Assembly (NCBI RefSeq): GCF_009914755.1
Contig: NC_060936.1
Direction: 5' to 3' (one strand)
Source of the DNA: the human T2T-CHM13v2.0 reference genome, Homo sapiens
DNA length: 64,000 nucleotides
This document shows, in pieces, positions 36,968 to 51,126 of the stretch; position 1 is the stretch's first letter; each line of letters starts with the position of its first letter. Below the pieces are notes generated by a model, which saw nothing but the letters and a program-made list of their open reading frames with translations, ran no database searches and was not told the DNA's origin. The translations under genes were made by a program, and so were the position numbers.

Positions 36968-37005
<38 letters not shown>
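36968..37005. repeat. (CA)n microsatellite
   Basis: Visible directly. Confidence 0.97.
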
Positions 37006-37006
<1 letters not shown>

Positions 37007-37403
37007 ACCTGTATAACAGAAAAGGGGCATTGGTGGTCCTTGAATTGGGAATAAAAAAGAAGGTATGTATTAAAAAGGATTCCTGAGAAGTTGACAGTTG
37101 AACAAAGACTTAAAGAATTTGTTTAATGTCACAGAATGCTGTTGTATGGGATTGCTAGAAGGGATTTGAACGATAGTTTGTTTTAATACATAAATTGATA
37201 GAATCCTAAAAAAAGCACACAGCTAGTTGATATAATGACATATAATCCTTCAGAGAATGGAAGCCTTCCCAGTAGTGGGAGGGTTAGAAATTAGTTATTT
37301 GATCTAAACCATCCATTCACTTGCTTTAAAGTAAATAGATACAGTTGTGGTTACTCATTGAGAATTCTAGATAAAATAACAAGTTTTAAAAATAGATACG
37401 TAT

Positions 37404-40400
37404 GAGAGAAAGGGAAAGATGGCCAAATAGAAACCTCCACTGATTGCCACCTGCCATAGGAAAATCAAATTTATCAACAATCTATGCAAAAGAAAGCACC
37501 TTCATAAGAACTAAAAATCAGGTGGACAATCACAGCCCATAGTTTTAAATTCATATTGCTGAAAGAGGCACTGAAGAGGGTAGGAGAGACAGTCTTGAAT
37601 CACCAATGCCCCCCCTTTCTCTTTCCCCAGCAGCAGGCATATGGTGTGGAGAGAGAATCTATGTGCTTGGACCAGGGGAAGTGCAGCAGTTGTGATACTT
37701 TTCATTGAACTTAGTGCTGCCCTGTCACGGTGGAGAGCAAAACTAGGATGAACTCAGCCAACACCCACTCATGAAGGGATCATTTAGATCAGCCCTAGGC
37801 AGAGAGAAATCCCACATCCCAGCATCAGAACTTGAGTTTTGACAAGCCTAGCCACTGTGGGATAAAGTGCTCTGGGGCACTAAATAAACTTGTAAGGCAG
37901 TCTAGGCCACAAGGACTGCAACTTCTAGGCAAGTCCTGGTGCTGTGCTGGGCTTGGAGATAGTGGACTTGGGCAGCATTCTACCTAGTGAGACATAAGCT
38001 AGGTGGCTAAGGGACTGCTTGTGCTACCCTTGCCACAAACGCGGGCAGCACAGCTCACAGCAACAGTAACCCTTTCCTTCTGCTTGAGGAGAAGAAAAGG
38101 AAGAGTAAAGAGGACTTTGTCTTGCATCTCAATTACCAGCTCAGCCACGCCAGGATAAGGCACTGGGCAGAGTCGTGAGGTTCTCATTCTAGGACCTAAC
38201 TCTTGGACAACATTTCTAGATACACCCTAGGCCAGAAGGGAATCCTCTGCCTTGAAGGGAAAGACCCAGTCCTGGCAGAACTCATCACCTGTTGACTAAC
38301 AAGCCCTGAGGCCCTAAATAATCAGTGTTGATACCAAGGTGGATCTTGGATAAGACTCTGAGACATACTGCCTTCAGGTGAGACCTAGCACATTGCTAGA
38401 TATAGTGGCTACGGTGAGACTCCTTTGGCTTGAGAAAAGCAGAGGGAAAAGTAAGGGAGACTTTGTCTGACACCTTAGGTACCACCTTGGCTACAGGGAG
38501 GTAGAGAATTAAGCAGGATCTCGGGGTCCCCAATTACAGGCCTTGCTTCTTAGATGATATTTCTGGATTTGCCCTGGGCTAGAAAGGAGCCTACTGCCCT
38601 GAAGGGAGAGTACCAGGCCTGGTAGCATTCACCATGAGCTGACAGAGGAGCCCTGGGGCTTAAATGAACATCTCTGGTAGCCTCGCAGTAGTCCTGTGAG
38701 CCTACAGTGGTGGTGCCCACAGGGAGAGACCCCTCTGTCTGTGAAAAGGGAAGGGAAGAGTAAGAAGGACTTTGTCTCATGGTATGAGTTCCAGCTTGGC
38801 TGTAGTAGAAAAGGTACCAGGTAGATTTCTAAGGAGTTTTACTCCAATTCCTGGCTCCCAGATGGTAGAACCCACCCAACGCCAGAGGGAACTCACTACC
38901 CTAAAGGGAAGGACACAAGGCTGGCTGGCTTCTCCACATGATGTTTGTAGAGCCCTAGGGCCTTGAGTAAGCCTATGAAATAGCCAGTAGTGGTTACAGT
39001 CGGCCTTGGGTGAGACTCACTGCTTCAGGCCTGATCCAGTGCTGTCCTAATGGTGGAGGCCATAGAAGTGCTTGTGTCCCCCTGCCCAAGTCCAGGAGGC
39101 TCAGCACAGAGAGAGAGACTTCATTCATTTGGGAGAAAGTAAGGGAAAAAGACAAGAGTCTCTGCCCGGTAACCCAGAGAATTCTTCTGGATTTTATCCA
39201 AGACCACCAAGGTGATACCTCTATAAGTGTACAAGAACCAAAGCATTACTGGGCTTGGGGTGCCCCCTAATGCAGAAACAGCTTAGATCACAACACCCAA
39301 CTCCCTTCAAATACTTGGAAAGCCTTCCCAAGAGGAAGGGTACAAACAAGCCCAGACTATAAAGACTACAATAAATACCTAACGCTTCAATGCCCAGATG
39401 AAAACCCATAAGAATTACGACCATCCAGAAAAACATGACCTCACCAAACTAACTAAATATGGCAGCAGAGATCAATCCCAGAGAGAGAGAGATGTGACCT
39501 AACAGACAGATACTTCAAAAGTGCTGTTTAAGGAAACCCAGAGACATTCAAGATAACACAGAGAAGAAATTCAGAATTTTATCAGATAAATTTAAAGCAA
39601 TTGAAATAATTGAAAAGCAGCAGAAATTCTGGAGTTGAAGAATGCAATTGATATACTAAAGAATATATCAGAGTCTCTAACCAGCAGAATTGATGAAGAA
39701 GAAGAAAAGATTAGTGAGCTTGAAGACAATTTGAAAACACACAGTCAGAGGAAAAAGAAGAAAAAGAAATTTAAAAATGAAATATGCCTAGAAGATTTAG
39801 AAAATCACTTCAAAGGAACAAATCTAAGAGTTACTGGCTTTAAATAAGAGGCAGAAAGAGAGAGAGAGAGAGAGACAGAATGAGAATATTCAAAGGGATA
39901 ACAGGAACTTTCCAAACCCAGAGAAAAATATCAATATTTAAGTACAAGAAGGTTGTAGAACACTAAGCAAATTTAACCTAAAAAAGACTACTTCAAGGTG
40001 TTTAATAATCGAACTTCTAAAAATAAAGGATAGAGAAAGGATCCTAAAAGAAGCAAGATAAAAGAAACAAGTAACATGCAATGGAGCTCTAATACACTTG
40101 GCAGCAGACTTTTCAGTGGAAACCTTACAGCTAGGAGAGTTTGAAATGACATATTTAAAGTGCTGAAGGAAAAACACTTTTACCTTAGAATAGTATATCC
40201 AGCAAAAAATATCTCTCAAACACGAAGAAGAAATAGAGACTTTCCCAGACAAAAAAAAGCTGAGGGATTTCATCGACACCAGACCTGTCCTACAAAAAAA
40301 AAAAAAAAAAAATGCTAACGAGAGTACCTCAATTAGAAAGAAAAGGATGTTAATGAACAATGAGGGGAGGGATAGCATTAGGAGATATACCTAATGCTAA

Positions 40401-42927
40401 ATGACGAGTTAATGGGTGCAGCACACCAACATGGCACATGTATACGTATGTAACAAACCTGCACATTGTGCACATGTACTCTAAAACTTAAAGTATAATA
40501 ATAATAAAATAAAAATAAAATAAATGAACAATGAGAAATTACTTGAAGGTACAAAACTCACAGTTAATAATAAGTACTTATAAAAACACCAAATATTATA
40601 ACAATGTAATTGTGGATTGTAAACTCTTGTCTTAGGTAGAAAGACAAACAGGTTGATCAATCAAAAATAATAACTACAACAACTTTTCAAGACATAGACA
40701 AGTACAAGAAAACATAAAGGGAAACAATAAGTTAAAAAGCAATGGGATGAAGTTAAAGTGTAGAGTTTATTGTCTTTTTGCTTGTTTGTTTTTTATGTAA
40801 ACAGTGTTAAGCTGCTGTCAGTTTAAAATAATGGGTGATAATATAGTATTTGCAAGTCTCATGATCACTGCTAATCAAAAAGCAAGCAACAGATACTAAA
40901 ACATAAAAAGTAAGAAATTAAAACATACCACCAGAGAAAATCACCTTCACTAAAAGGAAGACAGGAAGGAAGGAAAGAAAGAAGATAAGACTACAAAACA
41001 ACCAGAAAATGAATAGCAAAATGGCAACAGTATGTACTTCTTTATCAATAATAATATTAAATTATAATCAACAATGGGCTAAACTGTCTAATCAAAAGAT
41101 ACAGATTGGCTGAATGGATATAAAAACAAAATCCCATGATCTTTTGCCTGCAAGAAACACACTTCATCTCTAAAGATACACATAAACTGAAAATAAAGGA
41201 ATGGAAAAAGATATTTTAAACAAATGGAACCCAAAAAGAGCAAGCGTAGCTATACTTATATTAGACAAAAGAGATTTCAAGATAAAAACTATTAGAAGAG
41301 ACAAAGAAGAAATCCCAATACAATAATAGCTGGAAACTTCACCCCACTTTCAGCATTGGACAGATCCTCCATACAGAAAAGCAACAAAGACACATCAGAC
41401 TGAATCTGCATTGTAGACCAAATGGATCTAATAAATATTTACAGAACATTTCATCCAGTGGCTGTAGAAGACACATTCTACTCCTCTGTACAAGAATAGA
41501 CCATATATTAGGTTAACAAAACAAGTTCTAAAACATTTTAAAAATTGAAATAATATCAAGCATCTTCTCTGACCCTGACCACAGTGGAATAAAAACTAGA
41601 ATTCAATAAGGAGGAATTTCAGAAATTATACAAACACATGGAAATTAATATGTTTCTGAATGACCAGTGGGTCAGTAAAGAAATTAAGAAGGAAATTTAA
41701 AAATTTCCTGAAACAAATGATAATGGAAACACAACATAACAAAACCTATGGGATACAGTGAAAGCAGTACTAAGAGGGAAGTTTATAGCTGTAAGTGCCT
41801 ACATCAAAAAAGAAGAAAAACTTCAAATAAACAACCTAACAATGCATCTTAAAGAAACAGGGAAGCACGAGCAAACCAAACCTAAAATTGGTAAAAGAAA
41901 AGAAATAACAAATATTAGGTCAGAAATAAATGAAATGAAGACAACCACACAAAATCAACAAAGTAAAAACATTTTTTTGGAAAAGATAAATAAACAAATA
42001 AAAACAAACCTTTAGCTGGACTAACTAAGAAAAAAAGAAGACCCAAATAAATGAAATCAGAGATGAAAAAGGAGACATCAAAACAGATACTGCTGAAATT
42101 CACAGGTCACTAATGGTTACTGTGAGCAATTATTTATGCCAATAAATTTGAAAATCTAGAATAAATGGATAAATTCCTAGACATATACAAGCTACCAAGA
42201 TTGAACCATGAAGAAATCCAAAACCTGAACAGACCAATAGCAAGTAGTGGGATCAAAGATGTAATAAAAAGTCTTCCATCAAAGAAAAGCCCAGAACCCA
42301 TGGCTTCATTGCTGAATTCTACCAAACAGTTAAAGAAAAACTAATACCAATTCTACCAAACATTTAAAGAAAAACTAATACCAATCCTACTCAAACTAAA
42401 AGATAGAGGAGGAAGTAATATGTCCAAATTCATTCAATGAGGCCAGTATTACCCTGATACCAAAAACAGACAAAGACACATCAAAAAAGAAAACTACAGG
42501 CTGATATTCCTCATCAATATTGATGTTTAAATCCTCAACGTAATACGAGCAATGTGAAATCAACAACACATTAAGAAAATAATTCATCATGACCAAGTGG
42601 GAATTATTCCAGGGATGCAAGCATGGTTCAACATATGCAAGTCAATCAGTGTGATACATCATATTAACAGAATGCAGGACAAAAACCGTATGATCATTTA
42701 AATTGATGCTGAAAAACTATTTAATAAAATTCAACATTCCTTCATTACAAAACTATCAAAAAGTGGGTATAGAAGAAACATACCTAAACATAATAAAAGC
42801 CATACAGAACAGACCCACATTTAGTATCAAACTGAAGGGGGAGAAACTAAAGGCCTTTCCTCTAAGATCTGGAGCATGACAAGGATGCCCTCTTTCACTG
42901 CTAGTTTTTACCCAATAGCACTGGAAT
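37404..42927 (+). mobile_element. L1M1/L1MA element: 5'UTR, ORF1 and ORF2 up to RT, 3'-truncated
   Basis: AAGATGGCCAAATAG start; about 2-kb 5'UTR; decayed ORF1 about 39390-40560; ORF2 ATG 41021; KAVLRGKFIAVSAYIKK; ends just after the AFPLRSG..QGCPLS region. Confidence 0.9.
40365..40522 (+). mobile_element. Young, severely 5'-truncated L1PA (L1PA2-4-like) nested in the older L1
   Basis: GGGAGGGATAGCATTAGGAGATATACCTAATGCTAAATGACGAGTTAATGGGTGCAGCACACC..; perfect 13-bp TSD AATGAACAATGAG (40352-40364 / 40523-40535). Confidence 0.95.
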
Positions 42928-42929
42928 GA

Positions 42930-43390
42930 ATTTTCTGTCCCATTCTTCTAGCTTATATGATATGCTCTTTTGTACCTTAAAATTATTTCCATATTAATCC
43001 ATATTAATCCATGCATAAAGTATTTCCTTGTTCTTTTTTATTTTTGGCAATTGCAAAATATTCCATTTTATGAACATACCATAATTTCTTTGATTTATTG
43101 ATGGAAATTTAGGGTGTTTTCTTTATTTTCCTATTATAAATAATGTCACGCTGACTAATCATGTGCATATGCAATTTTACCTGTGTAGTAGTATATGTCC
43201 AGGACAAATTTCTGGGAATAGAATTATGGTACCAAAGGGTATATGCATTTGAATTTTGATCATTGCTGCCAACTAGCCTCCATAGTAGGGATTGTATAAT
43301 TTACTTTCACTATAAACTCATGAGAGCTCCTCTCTCTACAGCCTTGCCAACACAGTGTATCTTGAATTTTAGCTTATCAGGTAAGTGCAA
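42930..43390 (-). mobile_element. L1ME-like fragment
   Basis: ATATTCCATT..ATACCATAATT..TTGATGGAAATTTAGG; CAAAGGGTATATGCATTTGAATTTTGAT..TGCCAA. Confidence 0.7.
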
Positions 43391-43480
43391 ATTATATTAT
43401 ATTATATTATATTATATTATATTATATTATATTATATTATATATATAATTATATATTCTATATTATATTATAATATAATT
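43391..43480. repeat. (ATATT)n pentanucleotide repeat and AT-rich tail
   Basis: About 10 perfect units at 43391-43440. Confidence 0.95.
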
Positions 43481-46013
43481 TGCAGTAAGAGTTCTAAGGA
43501 GTTGTTGGTTAAGGCTTAGTAGAAATATGACTTCAGTTTGACCCTAAAAAATGATGGGGACTTGAATAAACATAAAAGAGGAGACAGGGCATTTATGGAG
43601 CATAATAATATACAGAGCAGATGGTCAATGGAAGGAAGGGTGGAAGGAAGAAAACCATCTAAATATGCCATAGTGACAAAGAAGACAAAATGATAAAAGG
43701 CTTATTCAGGGAGGTCAGCAGGATACTCAGGGAAGACTGTATCTGCCAGTGTTCTGGTCTTTGGATAATTTTAAATCGTCAACTAGAACTTTCTAAAGTT
43801 CTAATTGAGACATAAGGAGCCATGAATTAATGGGAGGTGAGTTTTACGCTGAACAACCCCAAATTTTGCCCCACTTCTGCTTATTCTATTGATGGCACCG
43901 TATAATTATGACGCTCATTCTGCCTGTGTCTTTGATACCTTCAATTTTGATTCTACTTTATCCCTTTTTTTTTCATCTTGCTAATAAATATCATGAGAAG
44001 GGGACTATTTGTGGCCAGATTGGTGGCTGGCTACTGCAAACATCAATGACTGTTACATTTCCCAACACACAGTAGTTATTCACGTAGCCCAATGCCAGTA
44101 TTGTTCTTATTCCATTCTTGGCCAATTTTCAGGTGTGTCTTTGTTTGAGCTTTTCCACTTACCTAAAATGTCATCCTTTCTCTTCTGACCCTACCCAAAG
44201 CCTACTTAGCATTCGAGGACTAACAGTCAGTATACACACATTGATTAATACTCTTTTCTCCCACACTTATGTGCCTTGTATAATTTTGTAGTATTCTATG
44301 CTTTCTCATCCTATAAACTGTTTTCCCTCCAACTACATAATACGTTTCTCATAATCAGAGATCATTTCTTATTTTTCACTTCCTGTTCAACACATGCTAG
44401 TTAGTCAAATGATTTATTGATTCTTTTACCCAATACTTATTGAGCACTGACTGTGTTCATTAAAGGGCAAATATATTTGCATAATGAATAAAATCCTTTA
44501 CAACTCAGTCCTCAGTCTTCTTTTCAGCTCTCCTGATCTTCAACTTTTTATCTACCTTTAAGCTCTAGCCTTGATAAATTTTTCACCCAGTTTCTGACAT
44601 ATCACAGGTTGTTATTACCACACTTTTCCATTTGCTGTTCACTGTTCCCATTGCCGCCTCCCCCCACATATTTATTAGGCCAGCATCAGTACCCCCTTAG
44701 TGCTTTGCTTATGCCTCTTACAGCAGATAGGCCAGATGCTCTTGCATTTCACTAGACTGGGAGGTCCCCAGAAACCTGTCTTATTCATACTTGCATACTC
44801 ACAACACAGCGATCAGAGAGTGCAAGGAGGGTGTTATATCAATTCAGGAGTTATTACCAACATAGAGAGGCAGAATTGAGAAGAATCCTGTATTTTGAAA
44901 TCTGGGGATAAAGAAGCTTTCAAGAAAAATTTATGGTGAATATGAATGAGAAGTCAAAAAGTGTGAAGAAAAATGAGAATAGATGAAAACCTTTGAATTT
45001 GACAAATAAGAGGCCATTAAAATACATGTGCAATAATAAAGTATTGCTACTGAAGAACTGAATATAGCTCATTTATTTAAAATTTTTGGCAATAAAAGGA
45101 AAGAGAGAAATACAAGAATTAAGTAAAGATGTCAACATTAGCAAAGGGAAAAATATTCTTAAGATAAGGGTGATGAATTTGTTGATTTTAACATCTTCAC
45201 AAACTTTCATTAGTAGTTACTTTGCATGTATACTTTTTCCACACCTTTGAAGCAAGTAAGAAAATATTATTATATTGAGATAAATTATATAAGAAAAATA
45301 ATACTTAAACATTGTCATTTGCTGCTATGCCACCTTTGTTTCTTAATATAACATAACACATCCTGGTCTGAGTTACTGTCATTCCACAGAGTTATGTTTA
45401 TGAAGCGCTGCCTAATAAAATATTTCTTGTTTGTTTTAATTGTTCTCATTAAATTTAGCTCATTCTTCAACACATATCTTAAATTTCACCACCTCCATGA
45501 AGTCGTCTTCATAAATACCTCTAGTTGGAATCCTTACGCAATCCCTCACATTACCATGCTATTTATTTCCATTTCTTAGAGCATAAATAATGGAGTCACT
45601 AATCTCATTGTTTTTAAATTAATAGACTTTATTTTTAAAGCAGTTTTAGGCTTACAAAAAAATTAAACAGAAAGTACAGAGGTTCCCAAACATTTCTTCC
45701 TTCTTTACTCTCCTTTTCATCTATTATTACCATCTTGTATTGGTGTAGTACATTTATTACAATTGACGAATGAATATTAATACATTATCATTTACTAAAG
45801 TCCATAGTTTACATTAGCATTCGCTCTTTGTGTTGTACAGTTTTTTAGGTGTTACCCATGCATAATGTCATGTGTACACCATTACAGTATTATACAGAAT
45901 GCTTTCACTTCTCCCCCAAAATTCCGCTGTGCTCTATCTCTTCACCCCTCCCTTTTTCCTAACCCCAGATCTTTTTTACTATCTGCATAGTTTTACCTTT
46001 CTCAGAATGTCAT

Positions 46014-46422
46014 TGTCTTAGTCCAGTTTCTGCTGCTATATCAGAATACCATGGACTAGATAACTTAGAAATAAAAGAGATTTATTGGATCACAGTTCTA
46101 GAGTCTCAGGAGTTCAAGGGCATGATACCAGCTCTGCTTGGCCATCTGTTGAGGGCCATCTTTTTGCATCATTCTATGGTGGAAAGTGAAAAGGCGAGTG
46201 AGTGCACAAGACAAAGAGAAAATGGGGGCTGAACTCATCCTCTTATCAGGAGCCCCCTCCTGAGATAACCAATCCACTCCCACAATAACAGCATTAATCC
46301 ATTTATGAGAACAGGGTCCTCATGACCTAATCAGCTCTTAAAGGTCCTACCTCTCAACATTGTTACAATGGGGATTAAGTTTCCAACACATAAACTTTGG
46401 GAGGTACATTGAAACCACAGCA
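46014..46422 (-). mobile_element. MSTC/D-like solo LTR
   Basis: TGTCTTAGTCC..AAACCACAGCA; perfect TSD GTCAT (46009-46013 / 46423-46427). Confidence 0.9.
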
Positions 46423-46655
46423 GTCATATGGTTGGGATCATACAGTATGTAGCCTTTTCAGTCAGGCTGCTTTCACTAAGAAATGTGAATATAAGTTTTC
46501 TCCATGTCTTTTTGTGACTAGGTAGCTCGTTTCTTTTCATCACTGAATAATATTACCTTGCGTGGATGTATCACAATTTGTTTATCCATTCACTTATTGA
46601 AAGACATCTTGGTTGCTTTCAAGTTTTAGCAATTATGAATAAAATTGGTATAAAG

Positions 46656-46946
<291 letters not shown>

Positions 46947-48379
46947 CTATACATATCTGTGTGCAGGTTTTTGTTTGGGTACAAGTTTTCAACTCATTTG
47001 GCTAAATACTTAGGAGTGTGATTGCTGGATCCTATGGTAAGACTATGTTTAGTTTCAGAAGAAACTGCCAAAGTCTCTTCCGAAGTGGCTGTACCATTTT
47101 CCATTCTCATCAGCAATGAATGAAAGGTCCTGTTCTTCAACGTCCTCACTAGCATTTAGTGCTATCAATATTCTCCATCTTAGCCATTCTAATAAATGTA
47201 TAATGGTTTTCCATTGTTTTAATTTATAATTCTCTAATGACATGATATTGAGCATATTTTCATATACTTATTTGCCATCAAGTATACTTCTTTGGTAAGA
47301 TAATTGTTCAGATCTTCTTCCCACTTTTTAATTGGGTGGTTTTTTTTATTGTTGAGTTTAAAGGGTTTTTTATATATGAATATAAGAACTTTATCAAATA
47401 TGTGTTTTACAAATATTTTCTCCCATATGTGTCTTGTCTTTTTATTGTCTTAAACTTATATTTGATTATTATAATTGAGTATAAGGTCCTGTAGGGTGGG
47501 ATTTTATCTTAGAAATGTTTTTGGTTAAATTTAATTAACTTGGCAAGTTGAAGTCACATCAGACTTCAACTTCTGCTGCTGTCACAGTTTCATCAGTAAA
47601 GTGTAGAACAGTTAAGTGCCCAGTTTTCAATGTTTGCCAATGGCTCAGCTATTCGAGGGTATATTTTAATATATAAAAAGATTATTTTTCCAAGTGTGTG
47701 TAAGTAAATAAGGGCTAATCATTTTAAGTTTGTAAATGACCAATATTTAACCTGCATGTAAAACTTCCTCATTATATAGTATACAAGATTAATATAATTC
47801 CTTCAGAGAAACCAAAAGAATTCTTAACTTTCAGCTTATCTTTTTAGTGGTTTTGATGGCTTCCAACAAAATTAGTGAAAATATCTTAACATTAATGTGA
47901 CCTTTTCCAACAACCAAACTACTGAGTAAGTTTTTGTGGTACACAGAAAGTTACAGTTATTGGGGTAAAATTCCAGAAAGTAAATGTGAAGAAAAACATG
48001 ATAAAGTCCCAACAGAAAAGACTGAAAAATGTTTCCCAAAATATCAGTCTTCTGGGATTTACTAACCAAATGAGAGTCCATCCAGTCTAGAAACTTGAAG
48101 TCACCTTCCTGAACAACTTGGATCAACCTTATCTTAAAAGTTATAAATGTAGTTATTAGTTTATTAGTCTCCTTTCCATTAACAAAATTAGTTTGTTAAT
48201 TTCCTTTCCTCATGGTGTGGCATGAGCCAACTGGCAAATTATGTTTTTCCCTACCTTGAAAATGTACAAAAATAATTTGTATTGTATATTAGACTATACA
48301 CTTTGTTTTGCTTTTAAAACATTTTCATTTTTTCCACAACCATGGTGGAATAGATAAGGCAGCCATTATTTCTCGTCAC

Positions 48380-49115
48380 TTATCTCACCTATTAGATATC
48401 TCTGCCAGAAGGTTCCATGAATCTCAGATTCAACATGATCATTTTTCCCCTGTCCCCAGAATCTGTTATATTTTTGCATTCCCTTAATTAATGGCATTAA
48501 TATATATCCCGTTTTCTATGCTAGAATCTTCAAAGTTTTACTCACCTTCAAACCATCTTCTGATCTCTCTTTTCCTATCTCCAAGGCCATTCTCTATATT
48601 GCCTTCTAGTGTATAAATCTGATACCAGTCTTTAGCCTCAAACTTTTGGCTATTGCCCAATTACATACATGAAGAAATGTAAACTCTTTTTAATGAAATA
48701 TAAAGCCTTTCTTAAGCAGTCTTGGATAAATCTTTTCAGTGTCTTCTCCTCTAAACCAAAGTACAGTCTACATTCACTACATTAAACTCTCACAATTCCC
48801 AAACACAAATTGTTTCTTTGATTAATATCTGCTATTTTTCTCTCTTTTTCTTTCCACCTCAAATGTTTCCTTTTCTGCAAAAATTTTAAAGAATTTCTAT
48901 GACATAATTTATATTTTCCTCTGTGTTCCCACATCATTTTATTCTATTGTATTGTAATTCCATTTGTTGTTTTCCACCTACACTTTCAGTTCCTTGAGAA
49001 TGAGAACTAAGCCATTGAATTTTGTGTTTCCATCAGCTTTGCACAGTATCTAGCACAGGGTTTGCAGTGAACAAAGGCTGAACAAATGAAAGACTGAACA
49101 AACTAATGAATGATT
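48380..49115 (+). mobile_element. L2 fragment to 3' end
   Basis: ATCTCAGATTCAACATG..; TTCCTTGAG..GCACAGTATCTAGCACAG..TGAACAAATGAA. Confidence 0.65.
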
Positions 49116-49299
49116 TGCCAACACTTTGTTTACAATATAAAAAAATTCTGCCTAAATAGAGAGGCTCTAGGATGAGTTATTTCTTATGAATACTCTATAT
49201 TTATTAGTTTATTTACAAAATGCATATTATTAAGTACAAAATTCTTTGTTTTTTTAAAAGTAGCAAAGATGTATAATACCTAAACACCACCTTCAGTGA

Positions 49300-49745
49300 G
49301 GAATATGGACTCTGGTAGGCAGATCCAGAAATAACAGACTCAAGTAGAAAGTAGTGGGTACCATGGCAGGAGTTTGCAATTCTGGGAGTCGAAAGGAGGA
49401 CAAAATTACTTTCAGCTTCATAAGAAAACATGCCATTTGCTTTACTTATTACACTATCAGTACAATTTAGACAACAGAGAGGGTAAGAAAACACATTTTG
49501 TAAAGCACGCAGCAGAAGCAAAGGCTGGAGATAAGAATGGTTAGATGAATTGGGCATGACCAGATTGTGAAGGACATTAAATGTCAGGCTAAGAAGTCTG
49601 ACTTTTGTTCCATAAATCACAGGGAACTTTTAAGGTTTCTGGACAAAGATGTGACATGAATAAGTCTGTCCTTTAGGACAATTAATCTGGGATCAGCAGG
49701 TAAGAGGGACTGGAGGAGAAATAGACTAGTCATTGAGAGAACAAA
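49300..49745 (-). mobile_element. L2 fragment
   Basis: CCAGATTGTGAAGG..TAAATGTCAGGCTAAGAAGT..GACTTT..GTGACATGA. Confidence 0.6.
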
Positions 49746-49799
49746 ATAGCAAAGTGTGAAGCACTCTTATTTGCAGCATTTTGATGTAATAGATACTTG

Positions 49800-50130
49800 T
49801 TGCTTTTGCCAGTAACCTCCATACTTTTTATCATCAGAACATTAGTGTTCTGTTCTCCAGAACAGAAATTCTGGAGTTTGTTTTAAATTAGCCAGAAAGC
49901 AGACTATATTTTCATGGACTGGGTACTGCCATGATGTGGCAGTACTCAGTTGCTGGGACCTTCCTATTGCAACCTGAATATAGAGGCACTACAAAGCACA
50001 TGGAGCCCATAGCTAGATCTTAGTGATATTTTACAAGTCCTAAATCAAGCTTTGCTTTTATATCTTTGGAGTCATGTTGGTTGAAGTCAGTTTGGGGTAG
50101 GTTTTCTGCAATCGAAAGAATTTTTGTACA
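49800..50130 (+). mobile_element. Old MLT1-like LTR fragment
   Basis: 3' end AAGTCAGTTTGGGGTAGGTTTTCTGCAATCGAAAGAA..TACA. Confidence 0.4.
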
Positions 50131-50797
50131 CCCATTTGTGTCACTAACAATCCATATCATTGCATGAGACGAGATTTTGTGGATGAGGCATTTGAGAAGT
50201 TTCTTTTCATCCTTCCATCTTAAAGAAAGAGCTTAAAATAAAAATAGTTCAAGGTTTAGCCGTAGGCAACAGTGGTATTTAATTCAGTCTATTTCATGAA
50301 TAACAGTGACTAATAGATAACAAATGATTAATGAAAGTAAAGAGTTGTGTTGAGTTAAATAACATGGTATGCATAAAAAACATTTGTAGGCTGTGAAACA
50401 TAATACAAAAGTTAACTGTTAATACCATTTTTGTGTTGATCTAATATTTATTGCCTCACCCATTGCCCATTGGAATTTGAAAAGTCTTTCTGTACACTTC
50501 CTGTACACATTCGGTTTCTTCATTGTCATTACACTGACTTTCCTTGTTTGTCCTTCTACTGCTTAAAGTAAAAAAAGAATCAGGTAAAACCCATTATTTT
50601 TTTCCTTTAGAGAATAAAAATGAATTCATCTTTTCCTAAACCCTTAAGAAAACATCAACCTAACAATGGAGGCCTTTATTGCTGGGTGTTTTACTCATGA
50701 TTTATCCTCTTCAAACCTTGGTTTTCTATTTGATTGGCAGTTTTAAAGCATTCTCCACTTTTATCTAACATTTCCCTATATTTTAAAAGTGATTTCA

Positions 50798-51126
<329 letters not shown>

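Noticed and set aside
49213-49620. 135-aa minus-strand ORF
   Set aside because: Overlaps a degenerate L2, has a non-ATG start and shows no recognisable domain.
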